Source of the DNA: Mobula hypostoma
Lineage: Eukaryota
Direction of reading: 5' to 3'
Length of the DNA stretch: 64,000 bases
NCBI RefSeq assembly: GCF_963921235.1
Contig: NC_086109.1
Span: 2,234,001-2,298,000, forward strand
The notes under the pieces are model-generated. The model did not search any database. It was not told where the DNA came from and worked only from the letters and a program-made list of their open reading frames with translations. Of the stretch, positions 13,293 to 27,126 are shown one piece after another. Made by a program: the position numbers and the translations under genes. Position 1 is the stretch's first letter; each line of letters begins with the position of its first letter.

Positions 13293-13695
13293 GACGGAGG
13301 AGGGGGATCTAATTGAAACCTTTCGAAAGTTGAAAGGTCTAGGTAGAGTAGATGTGAAAAGGATGTTTCCGATGGTGAGGGAGTCTTGGACAAAAGGGCA
13401 CAACCTCAGTATAGAGGGGCGTCCATTTAAACCGAGATGAAGAGACATTTCTTTAGCCAGACGGTGGTGAATTTGTGAAATTTGCCGCCACAGACAGCTG
13501 TGGAGGTCGGGTCGTTGGGTGTATTTAAGGCGGAGCCTGATAGGTTCTTGATTGTCCCCGGCATCAAAGGTTACAGGGAGAAGGCCGTGAAGTGCGGCTG
13601 AGGAGGGAAAAATAAAGGATCAACGTGATTGAATGACGGAGCAGTGTCGATGGGTGAAGTGACCTAACTCTGCTCCTATGTCTTATGGTCTTATC

Positions 13696-15150
13696 ACTAC
13701 CAATGCCTCTGTGATATCTTCCGCTACCCCTTTCAGAACCTTGGAGTGTACACCATCTGGTCCAGGTGACTTATCTACCTTTAGACCTTACAGTTTCCCA
13801 AGAACCTTCTCTCTAGTTATGGTAACTGCACGCAATTCATGGCCCGTGACAGCTAGATACTTTCTCAGTTCGTCCAGCACTTTGTGTCCTCCATTACTAC
13901 CCCTTCAGCATCGTTTTTGACTGGTGCAATACCCACTCTCGCCTCTCTTTTACACTTTATGCGTCTGAAGAAACCTTTGGAATCCTCTGTAATATTGGTT
14001 GACTTACTTTCGATTTCCATCTTGACCTTGTTTATGACTTTCAAATGTCTTCTGTTGATTTTTAAAAATTACCCAATACTCTAACTTCCCACTAATATTT
14101 GGTCATTATATGCCCTCTCTTTGGCTTTTATGTTGGCATTGGCTTATCTTGTTAGCCACGGTTATGTCATCTTTCCTTTAGGATGCTTCTTCCTCTTAGG
14201 AATGTATATATTCTGTGCCTTCTGAATTGCTTCCAGAAATTCCAATGATTGTTGTTCTGCTATCATCCCTGCCAGTATTCTTTTGCAATCGATTCTGGCC
14301 AACGCCTGTCTCATGCCTCTGTAATTCCTCTTACTACATTGCAATACTGTTACATATCTTTAGGTCTCCTTCTCAAATTTCAGGGTGAACTCGATCATAT
14401 TATGATTACACTCTCACAAGGCTTCTTTTACCTTAAGCTCTCTAATCAATTCTGCTTCATTGCACAATAACCAGTCCAGAATAGAGAATCCCCTGGTGGG
14501 CCCAACCATCTCGTAGGTACTCTAGAAATCCCCACTCCTGGAATCCAGCTCCAGCCTGATTTACCCAATATACCTGCATATTGAAGATCCCGCAAGACTA
14601 TTGTACTGTTACCCCTTTGGCATGCATTTTTCTCTCCCTTTGTAATTTGTAGGCCACATCCTTATGACTGTTCGGGGATCTGTATAAAACTCTCATCAGG
14701 GTAGCTTCTGCTTCTCAAATTTCAGGGTGAATTCTGTTACATAGTCATCACTGTGTCCGAAGTGTTCGTTTGCCTTAAGCTACCGAGTTATATCTGCTTA
14801 ACTACATAACACCCAATCTAGATTTGCCCGTTTTTCTCCTGGACTCAGCCGCAAGCTTACTTTAAAAAGCCATATCGTAAGCATTCTACAAATTACTTCT
14901 CTTGCAATTCAGTACCAACCTGTTTTGCCTGACCTTCTGAATATTCAAATCCCCATGGATATCATAACATTGCCCCTTTTCATGTCTTTTCTATCTCCCA
15001 TTGTTACGTGCGCTCCACATCGTAGCTACTGTTCAGAGGTCCGCACATAACTCTTATCTTGGTCTTTTTATTCCTTTTTAAGTCTACTCACAAAGATTAT
15101 CCATCTTCTGGTCCGATTTCACCTCTTTCTAACGCAGAGGTCCTCTGTAG
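13696..15150 (-). mobile_element. Degenerate CR1 ORF2 fragments
   Basis: Minus strand resembles the CR1 endonuclease-RT linker (NYRGMRQALARID..., IPKRKK, SPGPDGVH); many stops. Confidence 0.7.
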
Positions 15151-16318
15151 TTCTAACTGCAAGCATGACTTGGAGGTGGATTTCCAAGTTTGCTGATGAC
15201 GAGAGAACAGGCGGGAGGGCAAGTCCCATATCCACAGTGAACATCGTCCTGCAGATACCAACTCAGCTCATTACTAAGATGAATGTTTTTTTTACCCCTG
15301 TCACGAATGCCAAAGATTTTAGAATGATGGTGCGCTGATTGATCCCGACAGGATCCTAAGGTGCACAACAGCGTAGATGTTGATGGAGAGGCAGAGAGTT
15401 AAACAGCATGGAACCAGGCCCTTCAGTCCATTGACTGCATGCCGACCAGCAGTCGCCATTTTAAAACTAATTCTGGCCTCTTTCTGACATACCTACAGTA
15501 CCTATAAACAAGGCCGTTTTGACACGCAGCTTAACGTAAGTGGAAAAGGTTTACAGCGGTATTCTCACCCAGAATATGGTTGGAATAATAATTGCACTGC
15601 TTAGTGGGTGGTCTGAACTGGACCATCACTCGTTTAAGTGGTATGTAGATAGGGAGCTGAATCGCTAAGTCCAGTGAATCGGCTTGCTGAAGATCGGCAT
15701 TCATTTTTGTGTAAAAGCCAATGGGCCGGACGAACTATTTCTGCTTTGCATCAGACCAGATATACGGTTCCAATGTACCCAGCAACATTCAAGCTTGTAT
15801 CGTCTACCGTGCAAATTAAGTACTAGTCCTGCAATCACTCAAGTCAAGTATTATGCTCTCCGAAGGGGTCATTCCCTCAATAGAATCAGACTTAATATTA
15901 TCCGCATATATCATGAAATTTGCTAACTTTGCGGCAACAGTACAATGCAATACATGATAAATACAGAAAAAAACTATGAATTACAGTAACTACAGTATAT
16001 TGATGTATATTAAACAGTATATTAAATAAGTAGTGCTAAAATATAAATAAAAAGTAGTGGGGTAGTGTTCATGGGTTCAATCTCAATCCACAATCGGATG
16101 ACAGAGGAGAAGAAGCTATTACTGAATCACTGAGTATGTGCCTTCAGGCTTCTGTACCTCCTTCCTTTTGCTAACAATGAGAAAATGGCCCACGTGGTGG
16201 AGCTCCTTAAAGATGGACGCTGCCATTTCCAGGCACCACACTTTCACTACGGAGGCTAGTACCCAAAATGTAGATGACAAATCTTACAACTATCTGCAGC
16301 TCACTAAGACCATAAGAC

Positions 16319-17600
16319 TGTCACAACAGGGGTTGTTGGGAACGGACCCAAATGCAAGACATAGACACTGAAGTACAAGGAACAGGACTTGACTAGAGTA
16401 GGGACGTGACAGGATACAAACAAGGAGCAGGGACAAGAACGCAGACTAGGGCTTGGACCCCGAGCCAGAGACTGGACAAGGATCCAGAACCTGGGTCTTG
16501 CGTCGGGCTCAGGCCCCAGAACTAGGCAAGCACATGACATGACTGCAGGACTGGAGTCTGGAGTATTGAGGCTTGAGCTTGGAGACAGGCTTGGGGTCCT
16601 GAGGCTTGAGGGTTGAGGCTGTGGTCTTCGCCTTGAGATCTGCAGGCTGGGTTCTTGGTCCTGAGGCCTGCAGGCTGGGGTCTTGGTCTTGAGGCCTGCA
16701 GGCTGGGGTCTTGGGTCTTGGGTCTAGGGTACTTCGAGGCTTGCATATGGACTCCGAGCGAGAGGCTGGGCAAGTACCCAGAACCTGGGACTTGACTCGG
16801 GCTCGGACTCCAGAAGGAGGCAAGGACAAGGCGAGGCTACAGGACTGGACACAGCTTGGGTGTGGAACTACTGGGTAGGGCGAGACACAAGGACAGATAA
16901 AGGCACATGGACAGGACTTGGATAGGACTGGACTAGGCACGGACTGGACGAGGGCCTTCAGGAGCATGGAGCCTTGGACTAGAAGAGACAGGAGCACGGA
17001 ACACAGAGCCAGGACCCCTCCTTGGGGGCAGAACGTAGGACCGGGCTTCACACACATAACATAGAGCCAGGACCCCTCCTTGGGAACAGGACGTAGGGGC
17101 GGGACTCAGACACAAAACACTGAACATGAAGAGACAGATCCCAAAACAAGGTGGCTGCAAACGGCTGGACCCACCTAGCGAAGGCGTGGACACAGAGACA
17201 GATCCCAACACTAGGTAGCGGCAAACGGCTGGACATACCTAGCGAAGGCGTGGACACAGAGAGACAATTCCACACAACTAAAGACAGTTCCTTATCTTGA
17301 CCTAACAAGGCTCCAGTGGTAAAACTTCAGCGATACAGGCGGGATATCCAGGCTAGGTGAGCAGGCAGAGAGTCAGGTGAGATATCCAGGCAGAGAATCA
17401 GGTGGGGGGGGGGGGAAGACAGGGAGGAGAATAGGACAGTACGGCCGGGAATCCCTGGTTTGCAGAGGTATTTAAGTCTCAGCCCTAAAACGAGAAACAT
17501 GTGCCCACAACAGAAACTGGGGAAAACCAGAAACCGTGGACAAGGGACCGTGGATCAGACCGTGAACCGGAACACGGACTTCACGGACCGGACTATGACA
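16319..17600. mobile_element. Solo LTR-like element (family A) with 5-bp TSD AAGAC
   Basis: TGTCA...TGACA termini; AAGAC at 16314-16318 and 17601-17605; internal tandem repeats; homologous to 21085-22286 and 39262-40447. Confidence 0.88.
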
Positions 17601-18290
17601 AAGACATAGGAACAATATTGGGCCTTTGGACCTGTCGAGTCCGCTCCGCCATTTAATCAAGGCTGATCCTTTTTGTCCCCTCCTCAGCCCCACTACCGGA
17701 CCTTCTTCCCGTATCCTTTGATGCCGTGACCAATCAAGAAACTATCAATCTCTGCCTTAAATACCCTCAACGACCTGGCCTCCACAGTAGCCCGTGGTAA
17801 GAAATTCAACAAATTCGTCACCCTCTAGCTAAGGAAAATTGTCCGCATCTCTGTGTTAATTGGACGCCCCTCTATCCCGAGGCTGTACCCTCTTGGCCTA
17901 GACTCCCTGGCCATGGGAAACATCATTTTCACATCTACTCTGTCTAGACCTTTCAACATTCCAAAGGTTACAATGAGATCCCCTTCATCCTTCTAAGTTC
18001 CAGCGAGTACAGGACCAAAGCCATCAAACACTCCTTATACGATAACACTTCATTCCCTTCTGAACCCTCTCCAATGCCAGCACATCTTTTTCGAGCCCAA
18101 AACTGTTTTACAGTACTCATGGTGAGACCTCAGCAGTGGCTTCCATAAGGCTTCTCTTACATTCTACAGCTCCAGAAATGAATGCAAACGTTTCATTTGC
18201 CTTCCTCACCACCGACTCAACATGCAAGTTAAGATTTAGGATATTCTACACAGGGATTCCCAAGTCCCTTTGCATCTCGGATTTTTGGAT
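17601..18290 (-). mobile_element. CR1 3' fragment
   Basis: Reverse complement of the CR1 ORF2 end and 3' UTR seen elsewhere in the window. Confidence 0.75.
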
Positions 18291-19300
18291 TATTGGCACC
18301 GATGTCATTAGTATGATAAGTGCTGAGGTCCTGAAGAGAGAATTTAGGGAGCTAGGTAGAAAGCTGAAAAGCAGGACCTTCAGGGTAGCAATCTCTAGAT
18401 TGCTGCCTGTACCAGGCGCTAGTGAGGGTAAGAATAGAATAATTTAACACATGAACGTGTGGCTGAGAAACCGGATCAGGAGTCTGCGTTTCAGAGTCTT
18501 GGATGTTTCGGAATTCTTCTGGGGGAGGTATAGCCTATGCAAAATAGACAGTTTACACCTGACCCACGGGGGACCAATATCCTTGCAGGCAGGCTATCAT
18601 GAGCTGTTGAGAAGACTTTAAACTAATTTTCCAGGGGTATGAGAATCGGGGTGATAGGGCTAAGGGTAGGGCGGTTTATTTACAAGCAGAGTCAGTGTAC
18701 TGTTAAATCAGATAGTAGGGCAAAATTGCAGTTAGTGGGATGAATTGCAATGCATGGGGGGGGGGGGCACTGATCCTGTTAAATTTGAATACAGGCAGTA
18801 TCCTGAAGCGCATTTAGATATTGTCAAGCATGTCGATGTGCGAATCACTGAGTCGTGGCTGAAAGATGAATATAGTTGGGACCTTAACATCCAAGTATCG
18901 AAAGAAGAAGCAGGTAGGCAGAGGGGGTGGCGTGGCTCTTTTGGTAACAAAGGAAATCAAATCCTTGGAAAGAAATGACATAGGATTACAAGATGTCGAA
19001 TCCTTGTGGGCAGAGTGAAGATACTGCAAGGGTATAAAGAAGCTAATGGGAGTTATAGTCAGACCTCCGACCAGTAGCCAGGATGTGGGCTTCAAATTAT
19101 AACGGCAGATAGAAAAGGCATTTCAAAGCGGTAACGGTACGATAGTCATAGGGGATTTCAAGTTGCAAGTATATTGGGAAAATCAGGTTTGCGGGGGATC
19201 CCAAGAGAAAATTTGTAGAAAGCTGACGAGATAACTTTTTAGAGTAGCAAATGGTTGCGTACACTGAGGGATCAGTTATTCTGGATTGGGTGTTGTGATT
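18290..19300 (+). mobile_element. CR1 ORF1 (esterase-like) end and ORF2 endonuclease start, degenerate
   Basis: IGTDVI...RELGRKLKSRTFRVAISRLLPVP resembles the SGNH-esterase ORF1; ITESWL and RPP APE motifs follow. Confidence 0.7.
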
Positions 19301-20432
19301 GGGCCGTGGCCCTGGAAAGGCTGCTGGTATCTTGCCTACTTACGGCAGTTGGCGTCACTAACTCGCCACCTCCTGGTCCAGCGGCACCGGAGATCCATAA
19401 AAGAGATCGAGAAATCCTGCATCATTGCCTTTCCGGGATATAGGACTGCTAGTCTGTCTTGGAGCTGGTTAGTATTGCATTGGTTTCGGGGAAAAATAGC
19501 GAATGAAACCGGAAATGCCTTTGATCAAACCCAACAAACATTATCCAAGTTGTCGGGAGAACTGGTGGTTGTTCGTACAGTAGCATTGCAGGACAGCATG
19601 GCTTCGGATTTTATTATATTATAAAAAGGCACACTTTTGTTCCGTACTTACATATTCGACAAATCAGAAAATATGACTAACTTGGCAAACCACATCTGAG
19701 AAGTTACCAAATAGATTAAGATAGTAAGGGATTAGTGTCACGGATATTACATTCCGGAAGGAGAATGGTGGCCATTCAGGATGCTGGAAGTTTGGGCAAA
19801 TATTGTGCATTATTGTATAACTATTGGTCTTATAATAATGGCTGTTAATCTTTTATGATTTTTTTGTATGAAATAACAGGGCAAAGGAGAGGATATTAAG
19901 GAAAGAATGGGTAATCATTGAAGTGGACCAATGAAAAGGAATGTTGGGATCGGCTTTGAAACTACATCATTGCTTTATATATACATATTTCAATAACTAT
20001 ACTTGGTAAAATGTTGTGTTGTCATGAAATTGCAAAAGAGAGGCAATGTGGAAATGCATTTTACTTGGAATAACAAAAACGAATTTTGCCTGTAACAAAA
20101 TGCAACATGTATTCTTCCAGTTTGCTTTGCTAATAGTGCTTGTGCAACATTATGCCAGTAGACCAAGAATACATGACAAACTGCAGAAAGACGAATGGAT
20201 TCAGTTACTGGAAAAATTCCAAGTACACTAAACAAACAGACTAATAGAATGCACCCTGTCCTTGAACTGGCGCGTGCGGATAACACTTGTGTGTAAAGGA
20301 GTTACTATGCTGCCTGTTTTTCACGAAGCTATCAGTGGATCTTGCGTGGTGCTAGCCTTTCATTGCTGCAAGTAAAATAAATGCTCTCGTGGTTGATCCA
20401 CTTAATGCTAATTGTTGTTTGTTTATAAGACA
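19300..20432 (+). mobile_element. env: Endogenous retrovirus remnant: degenerate env TM subunit, polypurine tract and probable 3' LTR
   Basis: One frame gives RHRR/S (furin site), IIAFPGY, a heptad region, VALQDSMASDFIIL (cf. LQNRxxLD immunosuppressive domain), RTYIFDKSENMTNL, WWPF and a hydrophobic anchor, with internal stops. AAAAGAGAGG lies at 20034-20043, TG at 20047, AATAAA at 20376 and CA at 20432. Confidence 0.75.
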
Positions 20433-21084
20433 TAGCGAAAAGATGCTTGATAGAACCCAGAGGAGGCAGTGATCATAATATAACAGAATTCATCTTGCAG
20501 TTTGAGAGGGAGAAGATAATGTCATAGGTATCAGCATTACCGCGGAGTGAACTCAACCTAAAAATTAACCTTTAGGGAACAAGTCCTGCACAAGGACTTC
20601 CAAAGCCCCGTGCACCTCAGGTTTTTGCATTTTCTCTCCATTTCGAAAATAGTCAACTCTTTCAGTTTTTCTACCAAAATGCATGACCATACACTTCATA
20701 ACGCTATTCTATCTACTACTTCTTTGCCCAGTCTACTAATCTGTCCATGTACTTCTATAATGTCTCTACTTCCTCGCATTTATCTTCTTTTTCCTTCGTC
20801 TAATATTAATTTACCTTAGGGAAAAGTTAGTTTACTTATTAGACGGTCATTAATCCATCATCTACTTTTGTGGTTATGAAAATGCTTAGGGGGATCACGA
20901 TGACGATGATGCATATTATTATCTACAATTATCATTATCATCAACATCATCATTATCACAGATAACAAGAGGAAAACGTATAAATAACTTATAAATCGTG
21001 GAGAATCACATCGAGAACCTTTAACGTCTGAGTTCATTTTCTAGATATACCAAGAGATTCAAAGGGCCGGTGTTCGGCATTCTG

Positions 21085-22286
21085 TGTAATAAGGTGGGCG
21101 TTGATGGCGGACCCAAATGCAAGTCACAGACAGTGAAGTACTAGGAACAGGACTAGGTGTGTGAAGAAAGCAAGGGAGGTGGGAAGAACCGACGCTGGAC
21201 AAGACACAGGCCCTGAACGAGACTAGGATACAGGGCCTGAGCTAGGACTAGAATAGGAAAGCGGGATCTGGATGAGGGACTAGGAACTTGGAACCTGGAC
21301 GAGGACTCCGAGCCAGAGACTGGACAGGACCCGGAACCTGGGTCTTGACTCGGGCTCAGACTCAGGATCTAGGGGAGGAGAAGACGTGACAAAGCAACAG
21401 GACTAGACACGGCGGCAGGACGCGGGTCTCCTGGGCAGTACGCGGGACCAGAACTGGATGAGGACACGAAGCTCAGCCTTGGTCTTGAGAGACGGGAACG
21501 CAGAGCACAGAGCCTTGGTCTTGGGAGACAGGAACGCAGAGCACAGAGCCTTGTTCTTGGGAGACAGGAACGCAGAACACAGAACCTTGAACTTGAGAGA
21601 TGGGAACATGGAACACAGAGCCGGGACTCCTCCTTGGGAACAGGACGTAGGGCGGGGACTCATACGCAGAACACATAGCCGGGACCCGTCTTTGGGAACA
21701 GGATGTAGAGTCGGGACTCATACACAGGATGCTGAACACGATGAGACGGTTCATAACACAAGGTAGCGGCAAACGGCCGGAACTACCTAGCGAAGGCGTG
21801 GACACAGAGACAGTTCCAACTCAAGGTAGCGGCAAACGACCGGACATACCTAGCAAACGCGTGGACATAGAGACAGTTGCAACTCAAGGTAGCGGCAAAT
21901 GGCCGGACCTACTTAGCGAAGGCGAGGCCACAAAGAGACAGTTCTGAACAATGAAAGATAGTTTCTTATCTAGACACAACAAGGCTCTGGTCTTGCTCCA
22001 GCGGTAGAACTTGACGGCGAGAATAGGCGAGGACGCAGGCGAGGCTTCAGGCGAAAGGTAGCAGGCTAGGCTTCAGCCAAGGGCTACAGAAGGAATGGGA
22101 AAGGAAGGGAACAGACCAGCAACCCAAGCTGAACCCAGGAGCTATTTATGTAGCAGCCCAAAATGAGAATCGTGTGCCTCAATAGAGGCACCCCGACAGA
22201 GCAAGGGAAAACCGGAAAACCTGGAATGAGGATCGGTGGACTGGACCGTGAACCGGCTTGCGGACTTCACAGACCGGACCATGACA
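21085..22286. mobile_element. Solo LTR-like element (family A) with 5-bp TSD TTCTG
   Basis: TGTAA...TGACA termini; TTCTG at 21080-21084 and 22287-22291. Confidence 0.88.
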
Positions 22287-22460
22287 TTCTGTTTGTTTAG
22301 AAAACATTAACTTCTTCACTGCCTCGGTTTTCTCGAAAAGTTTCCGGTGATCATCCACCCCTCGACGTTTTGCACCTTCCTACAAAGAATTCTCGTGTAC
22401 ATTCACAAATATGAAGGTTATGGCATATTTATTAAAATAGTTTACAGATATATTTGCATT

Positions 22461-23359
22461 TCATCTGCATAGCCATCCATTTATAGTAAACAGATATTTC
22501 ATGCCTTTCACCATCTCTTCTCTGAATTTCCTCTGTGTCAGTACATAGATGCAGGAGTTTGTGCAGGTACTGAGAAGCCTCAGCATAGATCCAAATTGTT
22601 GCAAGATATATATTGGGGTGTTCAAACATTTATCCGTATAGAAATAATTTTGGACTTGCCAGTTCACAGAATGAACTCCATACGGCACCCACAATAATAT
22701 GAAATTGGCCGATAGAGCGAAAAGCAAAATCATTGACTTCCTCCGGTTCTCCATCTCTGGGTCTTTCTGATTTTCATGGCTGTACCGCAGTACCCGGCGG
22801 CCTCTATTTGCCGCTATTATATGTCTAACGGTTATGAAGTTGAACAGCAAAATTAAGCAGATTGGTAACAGTGGCGTTATGATACTGTCCAGTAACTCGT
22901 AGCCTTTCCACATTGGTGACGTTAAGTATTCAGCGTTAGGGACACAACGCCAAGACACTTGATCAACGATGACGTAAGGGTCTACTGACAAGTAAAACGG
23001 AATGCACCTGGCGCAGCTGCCCGCAAGAACCGCCGCGTTAACCACGCTTGCTGTCCTCTTGGTGCAGTATTTCACTCGCATCTTTTGCCAGCAAATAGCA
23101 ATGCAGCGATCAAAAGTGAACGCGACCGTCAACCAAACGGAACAGTCCATGGATATAAATTTCATGATTAATGTCGCAGTGCATACCGGGGTCAGGAGCA
23201 AGAAATTAGCAAACATGTAAATATTATTAATTTGCTCCACTACAACAGCAATGAAAACCACCATTAGATCTGCAGCCGCCATAGCCACCAGGTTGCGAGT
23301 GACGCATTTGGAGAGACCACATTTTCCACGGGATAGGATCACAATGGCCGCTAAATTAA
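22461..23359 (-). CDS. GPR139/GPR142-like GPCR gene 2, exon 2 (intact)
   Basis: Acceptor TTTTTTTCACGCAG|TT AAT at 23359; MAAADLMVV, SVWLTVAFTFDRC, WRCV, DPEMENRRKS, CTNSCIYVLTQRKFRE; stop TGA at 22461. Spliced product is 322 aa. Confidence 0.93.
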
Positions 23360-25884
23360 CTGCGTGAAAAAAAGAGTTATTTTCAAACACGGTAAATCTC
23401 AATTTTTAATGCTCATCTGCATACGCTACGTTAATCCTGCTTCCTGGTATCAGAAAAGGCCGCTCACTGTATCCGTTACTGTCACTTTTATTAATTGGAT
23501 GCAGATGGTCAATATGTAGATCAGCTGTACCCTGTATTCCATTGAATGGACTCAGTGCGGGTCAGGCGGACACACCTGCATCGTGTCCTATTTTGCTCGA
23601 TATTACTTGCAATATGAAAATGTGTTACAAGTGTTTCTGTGATTTCAAAGCGTTTCAGAATCAAAAATTAAATTGGTAAAGTGGTAAATGTAACAGTGAA
23701 ATATTGACGGAAAGCAACAAAACCGAAGAGAATGAAGAATAAGTATTCACCTCCCTATTCTCTTGGAGTTGTATTCTAGAGGAGATTTCCCAGCGTAAAT
23801 CTCGGGAATCTCAGTATTGATAGACTCCGCTATTGCAGAGCAGGTGGAGGCCAGCAAGAGAATGAAGGATAAGATGTGGAAGAATTTGTTCAGTACATGG
23901 TCAATGTATTTCCTCGTCACCAAGATGCACAACATACAACGGAATGAGATTCAGTGCACGGAGCTGAGAAATCAATTAGGTTAAAGATTAGCGACCCCGG
24001 ACACCAATGTGAGAAAATGAATTACGGGTAGGATCTGGGCTCTCGTGTTTACGCCAGGGAGAGCTGACACATGCAGCGCTGCAAGTTTGTTTTCAGTGGC
24101 GTTTCGGACCTATTGGAATAGGATTTGAAACTGAGTAATATGTTCAATTGAACAAGATTTACATAATTATAGACATTAATTTAATTCAACTGGAAACGTC
24201 ACAAAGTGACAACTACGGAACATTTCGTCTTAGCATCTTAAAGACTTCTATAGACGATGGTGTGTAGTTTGTAAGGTGATGCAACATCCTGTGTTTCAGC
24301 AAAAGAACGAAAGTCGCCATGAAGTGTGAAACTGTTTGCAGTGTGAGAGTTCGCTCCCGCTCACTGAATGTTCCGAGTCGTGAAAACAAACTTATCGGAA
24401 ATTCGCCGAGCATGCGCAGAAGCGGACAGTCACAGGACCCTAGCGCGGTGTTGCTGCTGAATTCGATTACTGTATGATCCTACATGATTAATGTCCTTTG
24501 TTGGATTTAAAGTATTCAATTAAAAACTAAAGCGAAGTAAAAACAGTAAGAAAAATAACTCGTACAGTATCTGTAGATATATTACTGGAGTGAGAAGAAA
24601 GCAGTGATTAAGAACAGGCACGAAAATGGACGGTTCTGTAATAATACTTACATACTGCATTGTCTGTTCGCACAACAGGAAAAAAAGCTGAATTTTGCAC
24701 CCAAAGGAGAAAGCTACAATGGCGGCAAAATTCCTGGCGACAATTTTACTGTTATTTCTCACTTGGTGAATGACAAATAATTGTGGTGTATGCAGCACAA
24801 CTTGTTAAAGCAAGTGATTTCTCACATCGGGTTGAGGCAGTAAATGAATTGAAAATGGAGATCACACAACAGATGTGTGCAGAGAGACGAGAGACTGCAG
24901 ATGCTGTAATCCGTACTAAACAGATAGACCTATAGATAAATAGTGTCAGAGGGCCGGACAGACGGATAAAGACATAGAAAGACAGACAGGCAGATAGATA
25001 GACAAATACATAGAGGGAACACACGCAAGCACATGCTGCGGGATATGTGCGCTTCAGACAGCACCCGTGGATACAAAGATTAGGGCTGAAGTTTCGGTTC
25101 GAGATCGAACGTCAGGACTGCAAGTTTCGAACTAAAATGTCGACAATCCTCCTGTTCCCTCGGACGTGCTTGACCCCTCGAGTTCCTCAAGGAATTTGTT
25201 TTCTGTAAATTACTTTTGAGTTGTGAATGCATATCAGAAGGTAATTTCTGTCACGAACTTGCAAGAAATAATACTCATCACTTGACATGCAATTAAAACG
25301 GGATTATAAGATTTAGGACGGAAACTTTGCACTTTCCTTTATTTTCTTTCTCATGGTCAAGATATAGGCAGGTAATTTCACAGAGACTAAATATTTGGTT
25401 ACTGTACTTTTCCCTCTTACTATTAAACAACAGATGTAGAGACAATGTAATTCCGACGATATAATATTAGTAAGGTTTTTATTGGATACCACGCATTGGA
25501 CAGCGGCGGCCTGGAGTGATAAGTCCGCCAGCATCTTCCATGGAACTTATCCCGCATCTAAATTGGCGAAGTCTTACCCCATGTCATTACCTGCAAAGGA
25601 AGTCCGGAACAACCGTTCATGGAGAGGAAATTGCGGCAGGGAATTTTCCTTTGTTTGTTGAAAAGGTGGGCGTTTCTCCATAGACACAGACTGAGTCACA
25701 ATTCCTAACGATGATGTTTGAGGACTACACTAAGTTAAGTCGTAAGTATAAAATCACTACTACTTAAACATCACTACGAACGAAACCGATACACGTGATT
25801 AAGACTCCTCACGCCAACATGATCCTGAATGCAGCTGTAGCAGAAAGAAGGATCGTTAGATTACTAGGTAGATCTATACCTTAC

Positions 25885-25954
25885 CGGGAAAGCCAACTGC
25901 CGCAAGTACGGGATAGTAAATGCTTGCTATGTAATAAATTGCCGGATATGCCAT
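25885..25954 (-). CDS. GPCR gene 2, exon 1 (MAYPAIYYIASIYYPVLAAVGFP)
   Basis: ATG at 25954, 70 nt, donor G|GTAAG; in frame with exon 2; not in the ORF track. Confidence 0.9.
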
Positions 25955-26026
25955 TGTCTCTGTACAGCAGAAATGAGCTAAATAAAACTTTTCAACCGCT
26001 CACGTGTTGGCAATTGTACCAACGAG

Positions 26027-26036
26027 TTTTTATATA
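26027..26036 (-). promoter_or_regulatory. Candidate TATA box of gene 2
   Basis: TATATAAAAA 73-82 nt upstream of the ATG; TATA-like motifs lie at similar distances for gene 1 (7494-7499) and gene 3 (40991-41007). Confidence 0.45.
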
Positions 26037-26942
26037 GCAGAGCGGAGACCTTCTTATCCAATTACATCAGTCACAGCCCACTGCGCAAATACATAGGAGT
26101 ATTATTTATTCTCGTATAATTGCGTAATTCATTTCGCTCGTCGGAGGATGTTACAAACAATTGTTTTAGCTGCCATTCGGCAAGTAATATCTCAAATTCC
26201 CTTTCTCTGCCCGGGCCTCTGTACCTCGAAATCTCAATATGCTAGTGATCAATATTGTTCAGGACACAAAAAAAATCTCCTTCAAAGAACTATAATACTA
26301 GACGCAGCGCCCGGGTTAACAAATTTCAGCAAGTGTCCAAATATCACGGTATTAGCCGAGAAAGCTTTGCGCCGTCCTATTTTTAAAAATTGTGTCATTG
26401 TGTCGGGCAGGTGACAGCTGGAATATCAATCTTTCCCCGCTGTCAGTGTAAATTCAGGCTGGCATATTTCCCTCTTTCTAGCAGATCTGCTAGCAAATCT
26501 TCAGCCAAGAGTTTATCTTTGTCTTTTCACACCCAGACTTGGTGAATGTTTCTAGCCATTTACCTTCTTATGCCTTGCCAGTCTCTGACCTCTCCCGCTC
26601 CTAAAGTCACCCTTCACTCTCGCTATACAGGAATCAACATGATCCAAATCATTTGCCATATGTTGTACTCTCTCTCTCTCAGATTCACTGCAAATCTCTC
26701 GCACACTATAATCCAATATCTTTCCTTTCGCTGTTTGAAATTACCCGTTAACCATAATATCCGCATGCCATTCAATATATTACATTCCCGAAACCGTGTC
26801 GTGAGTTGTTTTTGTAAGTAGCCTTGTTACTTTATTTGAAGATTTCGATCTTTACTTGGAGTGAAGGTTCAGCGGAGTTTCACTGATAGGGCAGGACAGA
26901 AGCAGGTGGAGCACACTGTGCTGGAGAAACGGATTGAGTGAG

Positions 26943-26944
26943 AT

Positions 26945-26998
<54 letters not shown>

Positions 26999-27039
26999 GT
27001 GTGTGTGTATGTGTGTGTGTATGTGTGTGTGTGTATGTG

Positions 27040-27070
<31 letters not shown>

Positions 27071-27071
27071 A

Positions 27072-27124
<53 letters not shown>

Positions 27125-27126
27125 GA
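26943..27126. repeat. Compound (GT)n(GA)n microsatellite
   Basis: Direct inspection. Confidence 0.97.

Larger units (their letters stand above)
8000..13695 (+). mobile_element. Old degenerate CR1 LINE hosting several nested insertions
   Basis: Collinear CR1 ORF2 pieces at about 8000-8600, 11170-12115, 12380-12578 and 13293-13695 (tail TCTTATGG), interrupted by younger elements. Confidence 0.75.

Noticed and set aside
16319..22286. Regularly spaced repeats as a CRISPR-like array
   Set aside because: Vertebrate context, tandem units without unique spacers, contained within TG...CA elements with TSDs, and no cas genes.
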